Positions 1 to 9,570 are shown, counted from the first letter of the stretch. The stretch: DNA of 32,000 bases from Nanopusillaceae archaeon (GCA_049974095.1 JBMFJD010000001.1:60001-92000), one strand, 5' to 3'. The notes: generated from the letters alone by a model not told the origin. Made by a program: numbers and translations.

Positions 1-916
1 CTTTTATATGTATAAAAACAATATCATATTTATCTCTATAACTTATTGCTGCTTCTACAAAAGAAAACAAATTCTCATCTGCAGTTCCTGTTGTTCCCAA
101 TGGTTTATATATATCCATACCAACATATTTTGCAACTCCTAAATACATTGGAGCTGCTGCAAGAAATATTGCTTTTACATTATATTTGTTTGGAAATAAA
201 TCTTCTTCTTTTAATTTTTCATATTTAGAAGAAGATCTTATCAGTAAATAATTTATTTCTGGTAAATCTTTCTCTTTTCTTTCTTTATTTATTTTATGAT
301 TCTTCGAAAAATTATAAAATTCTTCTACCAATTTATTTAATACTTCTACTGTTTCTTTTGCTTCTTTATCTAAATATTTTATTTCTGGCACTTTTATATT
401 TTCTTTATGTAAATCATTATCCGTAACTTTTTCTGATTTTAATCCTTTTATTACCAATACCCCCCTATGCTCTACACCATGTTTTATTATTATCTTTATT
501 CCATATTCCTTTTCTATTTTTTCTTTTACATCTTCAAAATCTTTTAATAATTCTTCCAATCCATAATCATTTCTTCCTATTCTTCTATCTATTAATATTT
601 TATTATTGTCTACTGTTCCAAAATTTAGTCTAAATGCAATATCTCCTTCTTCTAATTCAATATTATTACCCAATGCCTCAAAAATTCCTCTACCTTTGTA
701 ATATTTATCAACATCATATCCAAATAAAGATAAATGTCCTGTATCACTTCCTGGAACAAATCCTGGAGCTACAGTATCTACAATACCTGCTTCAGATTTC
801 CTAACTAATTTATTTATATTCTCTTTTTTTGCAGCTTCCAATGGTGTTTTATTTCCCAATAATTTATTTGGATGATCGCCAAGACCATCTAATATTATAA
901 ATAAACCTTTTTTCAT
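1..916 (-). CDS. apgM: 2,3-bisphosphoglycerate-independent phosphoglycerate mutase, archaeal type (ApgM); N-terminal ~305 aa, C-terminus runs off the window
   Basis: It is absent from the ORF track because the window edge truncates it. My translation from the ATG (revcomp of 914-916) gives MKKGLFIILDGLGDHPNKLLGNKTPLEAAKKENINKLV...VAPGFVPGSDTGHLSLFGYDVDKYYKGRGIFEALG...HGVEHRGVLVIKG. The LDGxGD and PGSDTGH metal-site motifs and overall pattern fit the archaeal iPGM family. Confidence 0.8.
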   Translation of the reverse strand, partial: MKKGLFIILDGLGDHPNKLLGNKTPLEAAKKENINKLVRKSEAGIVDTVAPGFVPGSDTGHLSLFGYDVDKYYKGRGIFEALGNNIELEEGDIAFRLNFGTVDNNKILIDRRIGRNDYGLEELLKDFEDVKEKIEKEYGIKIIIKHGVEHRGVLVIKGLKSEKVTDNDLHKENIKVPEIKYLDKEAKETVEVLNKLVEEFYNFSKNHKINKERKEKDLPEINYLLIRSSSKYEKLKEEDLFPNKYNVKAIFLAAAPMYLGVAKYVGMDIYKPLGTTGTADENLFSFVEAAISYRDKYDIVFIHIK

Positions 917-977
917 AATTCTTAACCTCTCTCTTTTAATTTAAATTTTTTATAAAAAATAGAAAATATTAAAATAT

Positions 978-1062
978 GCGGCGGTGCCCGAGCTGGACAA
1001 AGGGGTCGGGCTCAAGACCCGATGGAGAAGATCCGTCAGGGGTTCGAATCCCCTCCGCCGCA
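978..1062 (+). tRNA. tRNA-Leu (anticodon CAA), class II with long variable arm, no intron, no encoded CCA
   Basis: Acceptor GCGGCGG/CCGCCGC with discriminator A. Anticodon stem TCGGG/CCCGA with loop CTCAAGA. Variable arm tGGAgaagaTCCgtc. T-arm AGGGG-TTCGAAT-CCCCT. GC-rich island followed by a T-tract. Confidence 0.92.
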
Positions 1063-1166
1063 TTTTATTTATACAGGATACTCAATATTAGTAATTGAGA
1101 TTAAATATAGAATTGGAATGTATAAATCTTTATTTTAGATAAATAATAAAAATTTCAAAAATAAAA

Positions 1167-2276
1167 TTATTTAAATAATCCAGTAATATATATTTGAGGC
1201 ATATTTCCAAATGGAGGCAATATTCTTATTCTGATCCAATATATTTGTAAATTTGTTACATTTTGACCAAATACGAATATATTTGCATTCGATACCTTTG
1301 GTACTTGTGGAGCTGCACCAGCTTGATGATAATTATTCAAAAATATGCTAATATAATTATTATATCCTATACTATATACTGCTGGTACATTTGCGTTATA
1401 TAAAAAACTGCTTAAACTATTTCCATCAACAATAGATAACAAAGTATTATATAATGATGGATTCGCACAACAATATGCACCATCTGTAGAACAACTTATA
1501 TTTAAACTTGTTCCTGTTCCAAATTTAATTTCTTCTTGACTTAGTAAAGATAAGTAGAAATCAACCATATAGCCAGATAAATTATATGTATTTAAAGTAT
1601 ATATTCCAGATATTCCAAAAGAATTCAAATAAACATAATTACTACCGTTATATATTTTTCCTATTATTCCAAATAAAGATGGATTATTAAAATCTTTAGG
1701 AGTCCAATAGTAAGTGAATACTTGTTGTCCATTATCATATCCTTGAACTACATATGGATTTGCTCCTACATATGGATAATATAATTGATAATAATCTATA
1801 TTATTACTTCCTATTCCCATATAAATTGTTATATTTGTATTATTAGAAATTCCATTTGGTAATTTTACCCACCATACATCACAAGTTATTCCATTATTAT
1901 TTAGTTGACCTTCATACCAAGAATATAATAGAGAACCTGTTAGATTAGAAGTATTTGTGAAGAAAAGTGCATTTTGGCCATTTGGATTTATTTCCAAAAA
2001 TATAGAATAATTATCTATATAATAGAAACCACTACCTAGGCTCATACTTCCATTACATATTGCAATATCTTGTTGAAAACCTGGAGGAATAGTTTGTATT
2101 TGATTATTATATAAAGTTAATTCTAATATAGTAGTTGGTTTATATTGCTGTGCGCTTGGTTGAGTATAAGATGATGGTGTAGATACTTCAGTTTTTTGTC
2201 CCAACAACACAAGCAATCCTATCAACAATACTATAACTACAAATAAAACAATATACATTTTATTTATACTTCTCAT
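1167..2276 (-). CDS. Secreted/membrane-anchored Asn-rich surface protein with DUF2341/LamG-like region; paralog of the C-terminal part of the 718-aa protein at 10021-12177
   Basis: N-terminal hydrophobic anchor MYIVLFVVIVLLIGLLVLLG and many N-x-S/T sequons. Blocks shared with the 10021-12177 protein: FQQDIAICN, LLYSWYEGQLNNNGITCDVWWVKLP, YYQLYYPYVGANPYVVQGYDNGQ, and the C-terminal PPFGNMPQIYI. The '...W.....a.VWVKvP....t.iY' pattern resembles DUF2341. Confidence 0.6.
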   Translation of the reverse strand: MRSINKMYIVLFVVIVLLIGLLVLLGQKTEVSTPSSYTQPSAQQYKPTTILELTLYNNQIQTIPPGFQQDIAICNGSMSLGSGFYYIDNYSIFLEINPNGQNALFFTNTSNLTGSLLYSWYEGQLNNNGITCDVWWVKLPNGISNNTNITIYMGIGSNNIDYYQLYYPYVGANPYVVQGYDNGQQVFTYYWTPKDFNNPSLFGIIGKIYNGSNYVYLNSFGISGIYTLNTYNLSGYMVDFYLSLLSQEEIKFGTGTSLNISCSTDGAYCCANPSLYNTLLSIVDGNSLSSFLYNANVPAVYSIGYNNYISIFLNNYHQAGAAPQVPKVSNANIFVFGQNVTNLQIYWIRIRILPPFGNMPQIYITGLFK

Positions 2277-2306
2277 AAATATAAAAATTAAGAAAAAATT
2301 TAAAAA

Positions 2307-2378
2307 TGGACCCGCCGGGATTCGAACCCGGGATCTCCGGCTTGCAAGGCCAGCATCCTGCCACTAGACTACGGGCCC
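2307..2378 (-). tRNA. tRNA-Ala (anticodon UGC), no intron, no encoded CCA
   Basis: The reverse complement reads GGGCCCGTAGTCTAGTGGCAGGATGCTGGCCTTGCAAGCCGGAGATCCCGGGTTCGAATCCCGGCGGGTCCA. The G3:U70 alanine identity pair is present, the anticodon loop is CTTGCAA, and the T-loop is canonical GTTCGAATC. Confidence 0.92.
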
Positions 2379-2410
2379 TGTATATTAAATTTATATACTA
2401 AATTAAAAAA

Positions 2411-5209
2411 TTATGCTATTACACATTCTGACCAACCACAATCTAAACAAGTTACACATCCTCCCTCATGTTTTAGTCTCGTACTTCCACAAACAGGACA
2501 TCTTTCTATATTATTATTATTGATACTTTCTGGTGTTATTTTTGGTTCAACGAGGTCTATCTTTACTTTTATATCTCCAAAATTATCTTTGTTTTCTTTA
2601 TTATTCAATAATTCATCATACCATGCAGGTATTTTTATTCTAAAATCTTTTAATATCTCTATTGTTTTATTTTTTATTTTTCCTTCTTTTATTAATCTAA
2701 AGTATTCTCTTAATCTTTCTTTACTTGCTTCTGATGGAGCATAATATACTTGAGCAGATTTTGATCCTTCCCTATATATTGTAATTCCTTTACATCCAGC
2801 CTTATATGCAAATATATATGCGTTCAATACATCCTCAAGAGTAACCCAATTTGGCATATTTATTGTTTTCGATATTGATGTAGTTATCCATAATTGAGCA
2901 ACTGCTTGAGCTCTAATATGATCCCACCATGGTATATCCAATGCTGTTAAAAATATTAATTTTAGATCATCTGGTATTTCTTTTATTCCTAATAAACTTC
3001 CACCATTATCTGATATTTTCTTTAATATTTCATCATTATATAATCCTTTTTCTTTTAATTGTCTTTCCAATTCTGGATCTACATAATAATATACTCCTGC
3101 AGTTACTCTTTTTTCGTATACTAGTGCATATTGTGGTTCTATTCCTGAAGAAGTATCTGCTAACATTGAAATAGAACCTGTTGGAGCAACAGAAGTAACT
3201 TCAACATTTCTTATTCCATATTTTATTATTTGTTCCCTCAAATATTCCCAATCTAATGTCCATAATTCCTTATGATAATATCCTTCTACTGGCATTTCTC
3301 CATTCTTATATGTTGTTTGATCATATTTTGAGAATTTATCTCTTGTTTTTGCCCTTTCAACAGATTCTAGCATTGCATAATAAGTTAAATATTCAGAGAC
3401 TTTTCTTATCAATTCAAATCCTTCTTCTGAAGAATATGGAATACCTAATGCAAATAAAGTATCTGCAAGTCCCATAAATCCTAATCCAACCCTTCTTACA
3501 GCTTTTGATGCTTCTTCTATTTCTTTTAATGGATATTTATTTACATCAATTACATTATCTAAAAATCTATAAGCCCATTTTATTGTTTCTATATATTTTT
3601 CCCAATTAAATTCTGCCTTTCCATCTTTGAAATCAATCATTGCATATAAATTAATTGATCCTAAATTACAAGATTCATATGGATATAAAGGTTGCTCTCC
3701 ACAGGGATTTGTAGCTCTAATTGAGCCTCTATATTTATATTGAACATTTCTTTTATTTATATTATCCATAAACAAGCATCCAGGATCTGCTTTTTCCCAT
3801 GCAATATATGCAGCTTCTGACAATAATTGTTTTGGATCAACATAATTTATTGTTGCCTCCTTTGGCATTTTTTCTAGATCAAAATTTAAATCTCCAGGTA
3901 ATGGATAATTATATTTTCTTAATATTCTTGGATTTATTAATGGATATGGTTTATTTTCTTCATAATATTTCCAGAAATTTGGTTCGAACATAACAGAAAT
4001 ATTAAAGTTTTCTAATATTCCTTCTTTTTCTTTTGCATGAATAAATTTTAATATATCTGGATGCCAAGATTCTAATATACCCATGTTTGCTCCTCTTCTT
4101 TTTCCTCCTTGTTTTACAACATCTGTTACAGTATCTATTATTCTCATAAAAGATATAGGACCTGATGCTACGCCTCCAGTAGATGCAACAACATCTCCCT
4201 CAGGTCTTAATTTTGAATAATTTACTCCAATACCCCCTCCAGATTTAAATATTAAAGCAGCATCTCTAGCAGATTTCATAATTGATTCCATATCATCTTC
4301 AATATCTAATACAAAGCATGCAGCTAATTGTCCTAATACAGCACCAGCATTAAATAATGTTGGAGAATTTGGCATAAATTTCTTTGTTGCCATCAAATCA
4401 AAATATTTTAGGTAATTTTCATAATAGCTATCGAATTCCCCTCTTTTTATCATTTCTAAAAATTCTGACCATTTTACTTTCATATGACCTCTCTCATTTA
4501 AATAATCATACAAATATTTCATTCTTTCTAAATGATATCTATTCCACTTTAATTTATAATCTCCATTTTCTTTCTTTAATCCAATTTTATATTCATATTC
4601 TGTTGGATTAAAATCTTCTTTTGGTTTTATACTTTGTTTTCCCTCTTTATCATATACTCTTTCATCATATAACAAATCTGGAATAATAATTAATGCAGCA
4701 ACTCTTTCAAACATTTGTTTTGGTCCTTCAATCAAATTTTTATTTTCATCCCTTAGCAAATATCTATTTACCATTAATCTTATTGAATTAATTGAAAACC
4801 TCTTTGCAACTTCTTCCTCATAGAATTTTCCCAACAGATTTATTTTTTCCTGCCTAATTTTTTCTTTTTCTTTTCTATATGTAATATATGCTTTTGCCAC
4901 TTCATATAAATCGAACTTCAATAATGATAACTCTACAATATCTTGAATCTGTTCAACAGATGGAATTTCTTTATCTCCAAATCTTTCTTCTAAAACATTA
5001 ATTACATATTCTGTTACCCTTTCTAATATTTCTTTATTATATTTTCCTGTTGCTTTCATTGCTCTTTCTATAGCATAATATATTCTATATGGATCAAAAT
5101 CAACAATTTTTCCGTCTCTTTTTCTAACCTTTTTTATTTTATATTCTCTTTCCAAGAAAACAGATCTAGAATCTATCTTATTTTTATTTATAAAATCTTC
5201 ATTTACCAT
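2411..5209 (-). CDS. nrdJ: Class II (adenosylcobalamin-dependent) ribonucleotide reductase with N-terminal ATP-cone and C-terminal zinc ribbon
   Basis: ATP-cone-like N-terminus ([24 protein letters not shown]). Active-site motif [23 protein letters not shown]. Also [14 protein letters not shown], and a C-terminal [26 protein letters not shown] ribbon. I found no intein-like insertion. Confidence 0.9.
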   Translation of the reverse strand: MVNEDFINKNKIDSRSVFLEREYKIKKVRKRDGKIVDFDPYRIYYAIERAMKATGKYNKEILERVTEYVINVLEERFGDKEIPSVEQIQDIVELSLLKFDLYEVAKAYITYRKEKEKIRQEKINLLGKFYEEEVAKRFSINSIRLMVNRYLLRDENKNLIEGPKQMFERVAALIIIPDLLYDERVYDKEGKQSIKPKEDFNPTEYEYKIGLKKENGDYKLKWNRYHLERMKYLYDYLNERGHMKVKWSEFLEMIKRGEFDSYYENYLKYFDLMATKKFMPNSPTLFNAGAVLGQLAACFVLDIEDDMESIMKSARDAALIFKSGGGIGVNYSKLRPEGDVVASTGGVASGPISFMRIIDTVTDVVKQGGKRRGANMGILESWHPDILKFIHAKEKEGILENFNISVMFEPNFWKYYEENKPYPLINPRILRKYNYPLPGDLNFDLEKMPKEATINYVDPKQLLSEAAYIAWEKADPGCLFMDNINKRNVQYKYRGSIRATNPCGEQPLYPYESCNLGSINLYAMIDFKDGKAEFNWEKYIETIKWAYRFLDNVIDVNKYPLKEIEEASKAVRRVGLGFMGLADTLFALGIPYSSEEGFELIRKVSEYLTYYAMLESVERAKTRDKFSKYDQTTYKNGEMPVEGYYHKELWTLDWEYLREQIIKYGIRNVEVTSVAPTGSISMLADTSSGIEPQYALVYEKRVTAGVYYYVDPELERQLKEKGLYNDEILKKISDNGGSLLGIKEIPDDLKLIFLTALDIPWWDHIRAQAVAQLWITTSISKTINMPNWVTLEDVLNAYIFAYKAGCKGITIYREGSKSAQVYYAPSEASKERLREYFRLIKEGKIKNKTIEILKDFRIKIPAWYDELLNNKENKDNFGDIKVKIDLVEPKITPESINNNNIERCPVCGSTRLKHEGGCVTCLDCGWSECVIA

Positions 5210-5271
5210 TTCTATATATTAAGAATATATTTAATAAGCTTTGCTAATTCTTATTTATAAATCCTCTATAA

Positions 5272-5898
5272 TCAATATATTTCATTAATTTTAATATTTT
5301 TATCTTCTATTTCTATTATTTTTACCCCTCTTGCTACATTTATTATTTTAGCATTATTTATTATATCTTCTAGTCCTCCTGCTTCGTGTATATGACCATG
5401 AACATTCAAAATCACCTTTTTTTCTTCCTCAATAAATTTTCTTAGGCTTTCGCTTCCAGATATATCTAAAGATGTTATAGAACTTTTTGGAGGTAAATGA
5501 GAAAAAATTATAATATATTTATCTTTATTTCCTAAATATGATAAAAATTTACTAATTTCTTCTTCATCTATAATAAATATCGGTACATCTCCTCCGCCAA
5601 TACCTGCTAAAACAAATTTATCTTTTGTAATATATTTTTCGTGAAATTCCCTTATTTTATAAATCCTTTCTAATTCTTTTATTTGTTCATATGTTTCATG
5701 ATTACCTGGTATTACTAAAATCTTCTTTGGATCAATCTTTTCAACAAGCTTTCTAATTAAATTTCTTTTTATTTCCCCAAAATCCCCAATATCTCCTAAT
5801 AATATAATATAATCTGCACCAAAATTTTCATATGCCTTTATTATTTTATATATAATATCTAAATCATTATGAATATCTGAAGCTACAATTATTTTCAT
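5272..5898 (-). CDS. Calcineurin-like metallophosphoesterase (MJ0936/YfcE-like family)
   Basis: Motifs in canonical order: ASDIHND, LLGDIGDFG, IPGNHE, FSHLPP, NVHGHIHEAGG. Confidence 0.75.
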   Translation of the reverse strand: MKIIVASDIHNDLDIIYKIIKAYENFGADYIILLGDIGDFGEIKRNLIRKLVEKIDPKKILVIPGNHETYEQIKELERIYKIREFHEKYITKDKFVLAGIGGGDVPIFIIDEEEISKFLSYLGNKDKYIIIFSHLPPKSSITSLDISGSESLRKFIEEEKKVILNVHGHIHEAGGLEDIINNAKIINVARGVKIIEIEDKNIKINEIY

Positions 5899-5903
5899 AA
5901 ATA

Positions 5904-6854
5904 TTATATATACATTTCTTTTTTATTTTTTATATAATCAATTAGAAAATCTTTTAATTTATTTGAATCATCAAAATATTTAAGATTATATTTTTCCACT
6001 ATTTTATTTAACATTTCTAAATGCTTTTCATTAAATAAATCTTTTTTTGAAAAATATAATATTACTTCTTTATTAAAAATTTTCTTTATATTTTCCAATA
6101 GATTTATTTGTTCATCTAAATTATATCCGCATGTTTCTGTTAAATCTATTACATATATTATTATATTTGCTAAATATTTCAACGCTAAAGCGCTTTTCTT
6201 CTCTATTTCGTTCATTTCTTCTATAGGTCTATCTAAAATACCAGGAGTATCAATAATTTGTATATCAAAATATGGAGTTCTAATATATCCTATCATTAAA
6301 TCTTTTGTTGTAAATGGATATGGTTCTATTTTAACATTAGAACCTGTTAAATTCTTTAATAAGGTACTTTTTCCAACATTTGGTAAACCAGAAATTACTG
6401 TTGTAGGTAATCTTTTTATATTTGGAATTTTCTTTCTTTCATTTAAATAAATATTATATATTTTAAATATTTTCCAATTTCTTCTTAATATACTTGCTAT
6501 CCTTCCATAAAATTCTTTTCTATATTTTTTTATACTTTCTATATCTTTATTTATTTTTATATTGTTTTTATATTTTGTATAAAGATCTTTTAATAATTTC
6601 CTAATATATTTCACCCTTTCTCTTACCTTTTTAAAATTTATTTTTGGAAATATTAATTTATATAGCTCTAAATAAAATTTATCTTCTGGTATTATTATTT
6701 CGTTATATATTTTCTCTAATCTTGAATCAATATATTGATATACTATTTGTATTTTTGTCAAATTTTTTTCTTTTATATCATAAATACTTTTTGTATTGTT
6801 ATTTGCTCTCTTAAATGCATTATTTATTAATTCTTCTACAAAAAAATATTTCAT
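5904..6854 (-). CDS. NOG1-family GTP-binding protein (archaeal Nog1/COG1084-like GTPase)
   Basis: G1 GLPNVGKSTLL, G2/switch YPFTTKDL, G3 DTPGILDRP, G4-like FSKKDL. The N-terminal helical NOG1-type domain precedes the G domain. Confidence 0.75.
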   Translation of the reverse strand: MKYFFVEELINNAFKRANNNTKSIYDIKEKNLTKIQIVYQYIDSRLEKIYNEIIIPEDKFYLELYKLIFPKINFKKVRERVKYIRKLLKDLYTKYKNNIKINKDIESIKKYRKEFYGRIASILRRNWKIFKIYNIYLNERKKIPNIKRLPTTVISGLPNVGKSTLLKNLTGSNVKIEPYPFTTKDLMIGYIRTPYFDIQIIDTPGILDRPIEEMNEIEKKSALALKYLANIIIYVIDLTETCGYNLDEQINLLENIKKIFNKEVILYFSKKDLFNEKHLEMLNKIVEKYNLKYFDDSNKLKDFLIDYIKNKKEMYI

Positions 6855-6858
6855 AAAA

Positions 6859-7308
6859 CTATTCTATATTAATTTTCTTTCCAGTAGAACCTGGCTTTTT
6901 TCCAATTTCTATTCTTAATACACCATTTTCATATTTTGCTTTTATATTATCCATATCTACATCTTCTGGTAATGATATAATTCTTTGATACCCAGAAGAT
7001 ATTCTTTCTGCTCTTATATAATCTTCTCCTTTTTCTTTATTTTCAACTTTTCTCTTTGCTGTTATCTTTAAAGAATGATCTACTACAGATATATCAATAT
7101 CTTTTTTATCTACACCAGGTAAATCTAATTCTATTGCATATTTATCCCCTTCATCTATTAAATCCATTAATGGTTCTTCATATTCAAATCCAAATCCTTC
7201 ATTTATATTTTTATATGCCCCTTCCATTAATCTTTTCATTAATCTTATCTGTCTTCTCATCTCCCTTTCAAATAAATCAAATGCATCCTCTATTTTTCTT
7301 CTTTTCAT
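6859..7308 (-). CDS. Small heat shock protein, Hsp20/alpha-crystallin family
   Basis: Alpha-crystallin domain pattern: PLMDLIDEGDKYAIELDLPGVDKKDIDISVVDHSLKITAKR...ERISSGYQRIISLPEDVDMDNIKAKYENGVLRIEI. Confidence 0.85.
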   Translation of the reverse strand: MKRRKIEDAFDLFEREMRRQIRLMKRLMEGAYKNINEGFGFEYEEPLMDLIDEGDKYAIELDLPGVDKKDIDISVVDHSLKITAKRKVENKEKGEDYIRAERISSGYQRIISLPEDVDMDNIKAKYENGVLRIEIGKKPGSTGKKINIE

Positions 7309-7317
7309 AATATATCT

Positions 7318-8193
7318 TTATATTAAATCTTTATAAGAGATTAAAGTAAAATAATCAACAATATTTTTTTCATCTCCATTTATTTCTGATGAAGAAATAT
7401 GATTTATTAAATTCATTTTCCCTTCAAATCTTTTTGTAAATTCTATAAAAAATAAAAAAGGATATTTTCCACAAACAGTTGTATTATCTTCTAGATATTT
7501 TAATAATTTTTTTGAATTTAATTCCAATATTGCATCTATATACTTTTTATCTTCTTTTTTTATATTTTCTGTTATATTTTCATTATATTTTATATATCCA
7601 TAAAATTCTCCATGATGAGTAAGATTCCCTGTAGATATTAATACTATTTTTCTATTCAATTCTCTTGTTATTTCCTCTATTACTTCTATTAATTCTTTTA
7701 TTTTCCTTATATCAATATTTTTAATAATTATTGGAACTATTTTTATTTTATCTTTAAATAAAAATCTTATTATTGGTAATTGCAATTCGATAGAGTATTC
7801 ATATCTATATACAATAGGATCTTCATATGCATCAAAATTATTTAATATTTTTCTTACAAATTCTACATCTGTTCTTATAATTCCAAAAGGGGTATACCAA
7901 TCATCAATTAATAAAGAAATATCTGCTCCTATATTATAATGATTTGGCCCCACAATTATTATTGTTTCGAAGTTAAAATTTTCATATAATTCTTTATAAA
8001 ATTTAATTGAAACTGGTAAAAAATAATTATAATTTGCATGAGGAACAATACCTGAAATTATTTTTTTATTATTTTTTATTTCTTTTGGTATATAACCTAG
8101 TCCATATATTTTATCAAGAAAGGAGGATTCAATTTGAGAGAGTAAATCAGAAGGATCATAAGAATAGAAACCTTTTGCAATCATATATCTCAT
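7318..8193 (-). CDS. MEMO1-family protein (AmmeMemoRadiSam system protein B)
   Basis: N-terminal AKGFYSYDPSDLLSQIESSF, then GIVPHANYNY....IIIVGPNHYN and a later LTHHGEFYGY. This matches the Memo/UPF0103 pattern (FYp..., PHAGy.ySG, iGpnH). Confidence 0.72.
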   Translation of the reverse strand: MRYMIAKGFYSYDPSDLLSQIESSFLDKIYGLGYIPKEIKNNKKIISGIVPHANYNYFLPVSIKFYKELYENFNFETIIIVGPNHYNIGADISLLIDDWYTPFGIIRTDVEFVRKILNNFDAYEDPIVYRYEYSIELQLPIIRFLFKDKIKIVPIIIKNIDIRKIKELIEVIEEITRELNRKIVLISTGNLTHHGEFYGYIKYNENITENIKKEDKKYIDAILELNSKKLLKYLEDNTTVCGKYPFLFFIEFTKRFEGKMNLINHISSSEINGDEKNIVDYFTLISYKDLI

Positions 8194-8243
8194 ATTTATG
8201 TTTTGAAATATTATTTTATTAATTTTTTTATAATATTTTTATA

Positions 8244-9059
8244 ATGAAAGCTGGATTAGAAATACATCAACAAATAGATACGGACAAAAAATTATTTTGT
8301 AATTGTCCAACAGAATTATATGATAATTATAAATATAGAATTGAAAGAAAATTAAGAGTAACGCAAAGTGAAATTGGAAAAAGAGATATTGCAGCAGAAT
8401 ATGAAACTATGAAGGATAAATTATATATATATGAATATTCTCCAGAATACTCTTGTTTAGTTGAACTTGATGAAGAACCCCCTCATCTAATTAATTTAGA
8501 TGCATTAAAATTTGGAATATTAATTTCTACATATTTCAATATGTATATCCCAAAAGTTTTACAAATTATGAGAAAAATTGTTGTAGACGGGTCAAATACT
8601 TCAGGATTTCAAAGAACATTATTATTATCATTAAATGGAGAATTAAATTATAAAGGAAAAACAATTGGTATAAGTACAATATGTATAGAAGAAGATGCTG
8701 CTAGAAAAATTGAAGAAGGAGAAAATTATATTGTTTATAGATTAGATAGATTAGGAATACCATTAATCGAAATATCTACAGGTCCTGATTTAAATAATCC
8801 AAAAGAAGTAAAAGAAGTTGCAGAATATATTGGATTAATATTAAGATTAACAGGAAAGGTTAAAAGAGGATTAGGAACTATAAGACAGGATTTAAATATT
8901 TCAATAGAAGGAGGAGAAAAAATTGAAATAAAGGGAGTACAAAACTTAAAGATAATTGATAAAATTGCTGAAAATGAAGTAAAAAGACAGGAAAAATTAT
9001 TAGAATGGGAAAAATTAGTAAAAGAAAGGGGAATTGATGGATATGAGTTAGAAGAATAG
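8244..9059 (+). CDS. gatE: Glu-tRNA(Gln) amidotransferase subunit E, N-terminal catalytic (cradle) portion only (271 aa)
   Basis: MKAGLEIHQQIDTDKKLFCNCP..., SCLVELDEEPPH, MRKIVVDGSNTSGFQRT, ICIEEDAARK, YRLDRLGIPLIEISTGPD, KRGLGTIRQDLNISIEGGEKIEIKGVQNL. These are GatE signatures. The ORF stops well before the helical and tail domains of full-length GatE. Confidence 0.8.
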   Translation: MKAGLEIHQQIDTDKKLFCNCPTELYDNYKYRIERKLRVTQSEIGKRDIAAEYETMKDKLYIYEYSPEYSCLVELDEEPPHLINLDALKFGILISTYFNMYIPKVLQIMRKIVVDGSNTSGFQRTLLLSLNGELNYKGKTIGISTICIEEDAARKIEEGENYIVYRLDRLGIPLIEISTGPDLNNPKEVKEVAEYIGLILRLTGKVKRGLGTIRQDLNISIEGGEKIEIKGVQNLKIIDKIAENEVKRQEKLLEWEKLVKERGIDGYELEE

Positions 9060-9090
9060 ATTTATATTTTTTAATAAATTTTAATTATAA

Positions 9091-9570
9091 ATGAAAAGTC
9101 AGTTTGGGACAATTATTGTAGAAATTATATTATTTATTGTTGCTGCTATTGCTGCTTATACTTTTGTATCCGTAGCATATACAAATCTAAATGGAATAAA
9201 CAATGCTGCTATTGCAAATTCAAAATCATTAGAAAATCAATTAAATACATATATTACAATTGATTCTTGTGCATATAATTCTTCCACAAATTTATTATAT
9301 TTATATGTAACAAATAGAGGAAATAATATTTTAAATCAGAATATAACATTATTATTCATTAATGGAGGACTAATAAATAATACATTAATATATATAGCAA
9401 ACAGCTATACAGGAACTTCTGCTTGGGGACCGTATGATACAATTGCTATAGTAGCAAATGCTTCTTTATCAACAGATTTTTATAATGTAAAAGTTGTAGC
9501 AGATACCGGAGCATATGTACAAAATATAATTTATGTAAATACAACTGCAAATTCATGTACAATAGAATGA
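9091..9570 (+). CDS. Small surface-filament-type protein with N-terminal hydrophobic helix (FlaF/FlaG- or type IV pilin-like)
   Basis: The N-terminus MKSQFG|TIIVEIILFIVAAIAAYTFV has a short polar leader, a Gly, then a hydrophobic helix with Glu at +5. It is followed by a predicted beta-rich, sequon-rich domain (LLYLYVTNRGNNILNQNITLLFINGG). Its stop overlaps the next gene's ATG (ATGA). Confidence 0.5.
   Translation: MKSQFGTIIVEIILFIVAAIAAYTFVSVAYTNLNGINNAAIANSKSLENQLNTYITIDSCAYNSSTNLLYLYVTNRGNNILNQNITLLFINGGLINNTLIYIANSYTGTSAWGPYDTIAIVANASLSTDFYNVKVVADTGAYVQNIIYVNTTANSCTIE

Noticed and set aside
46-228. A 60-aa plus-strand ORF at the window start
   Set aside because: It lies antisense inside the well-supported apgM reading frame. 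It is Leu/Ile/Phe-rich low-complexity sequence, as expected from reading an AT-rich gene backwards.
1081-1099. Hairpin CTCAAT-ATTAGTA-ATTGAG downstream of tRNA-Leu
   Set aside because: A 6-bp A/T-rich stem is expected by chance in this composition. Archaeal termination is adequately explained by the T-tract right after the tRNA.
2520-4611. Five plus-strand ORFs (2520-2744, 2929-3174, 3256-3477, 3799-3993, 4384-4611)
   Set aside because: All are antisense within nrdJ and L/F/I-rich, with no recognisable motifs. They are shadow ORFs of an AT-rich coding strand.
2411-5209. Possible intein in the class II RNR (common in hyperthermophile nrdJ genes)
   Set aside because: The sequence is collinear with RNR motifs throughout. 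No Cys/Ser...HN-Cys/Ser/Thr splice-junction blocks or homing-endonuclease (LAGLIDADG) motifs are seen. Likewise none appear in PolD-DP1 or cdc6.
9555-9566. The track's start codon for the second filament-type gene (MYNRMRSDLG...)
   Set aside because: The in-frame ATG at 9567 forms the typical ATGA stop-start overlap with the upstream gene. It also yields the same short-polar-leader plus hydrophobic-helix design as its neighbours. The choice is not certain.
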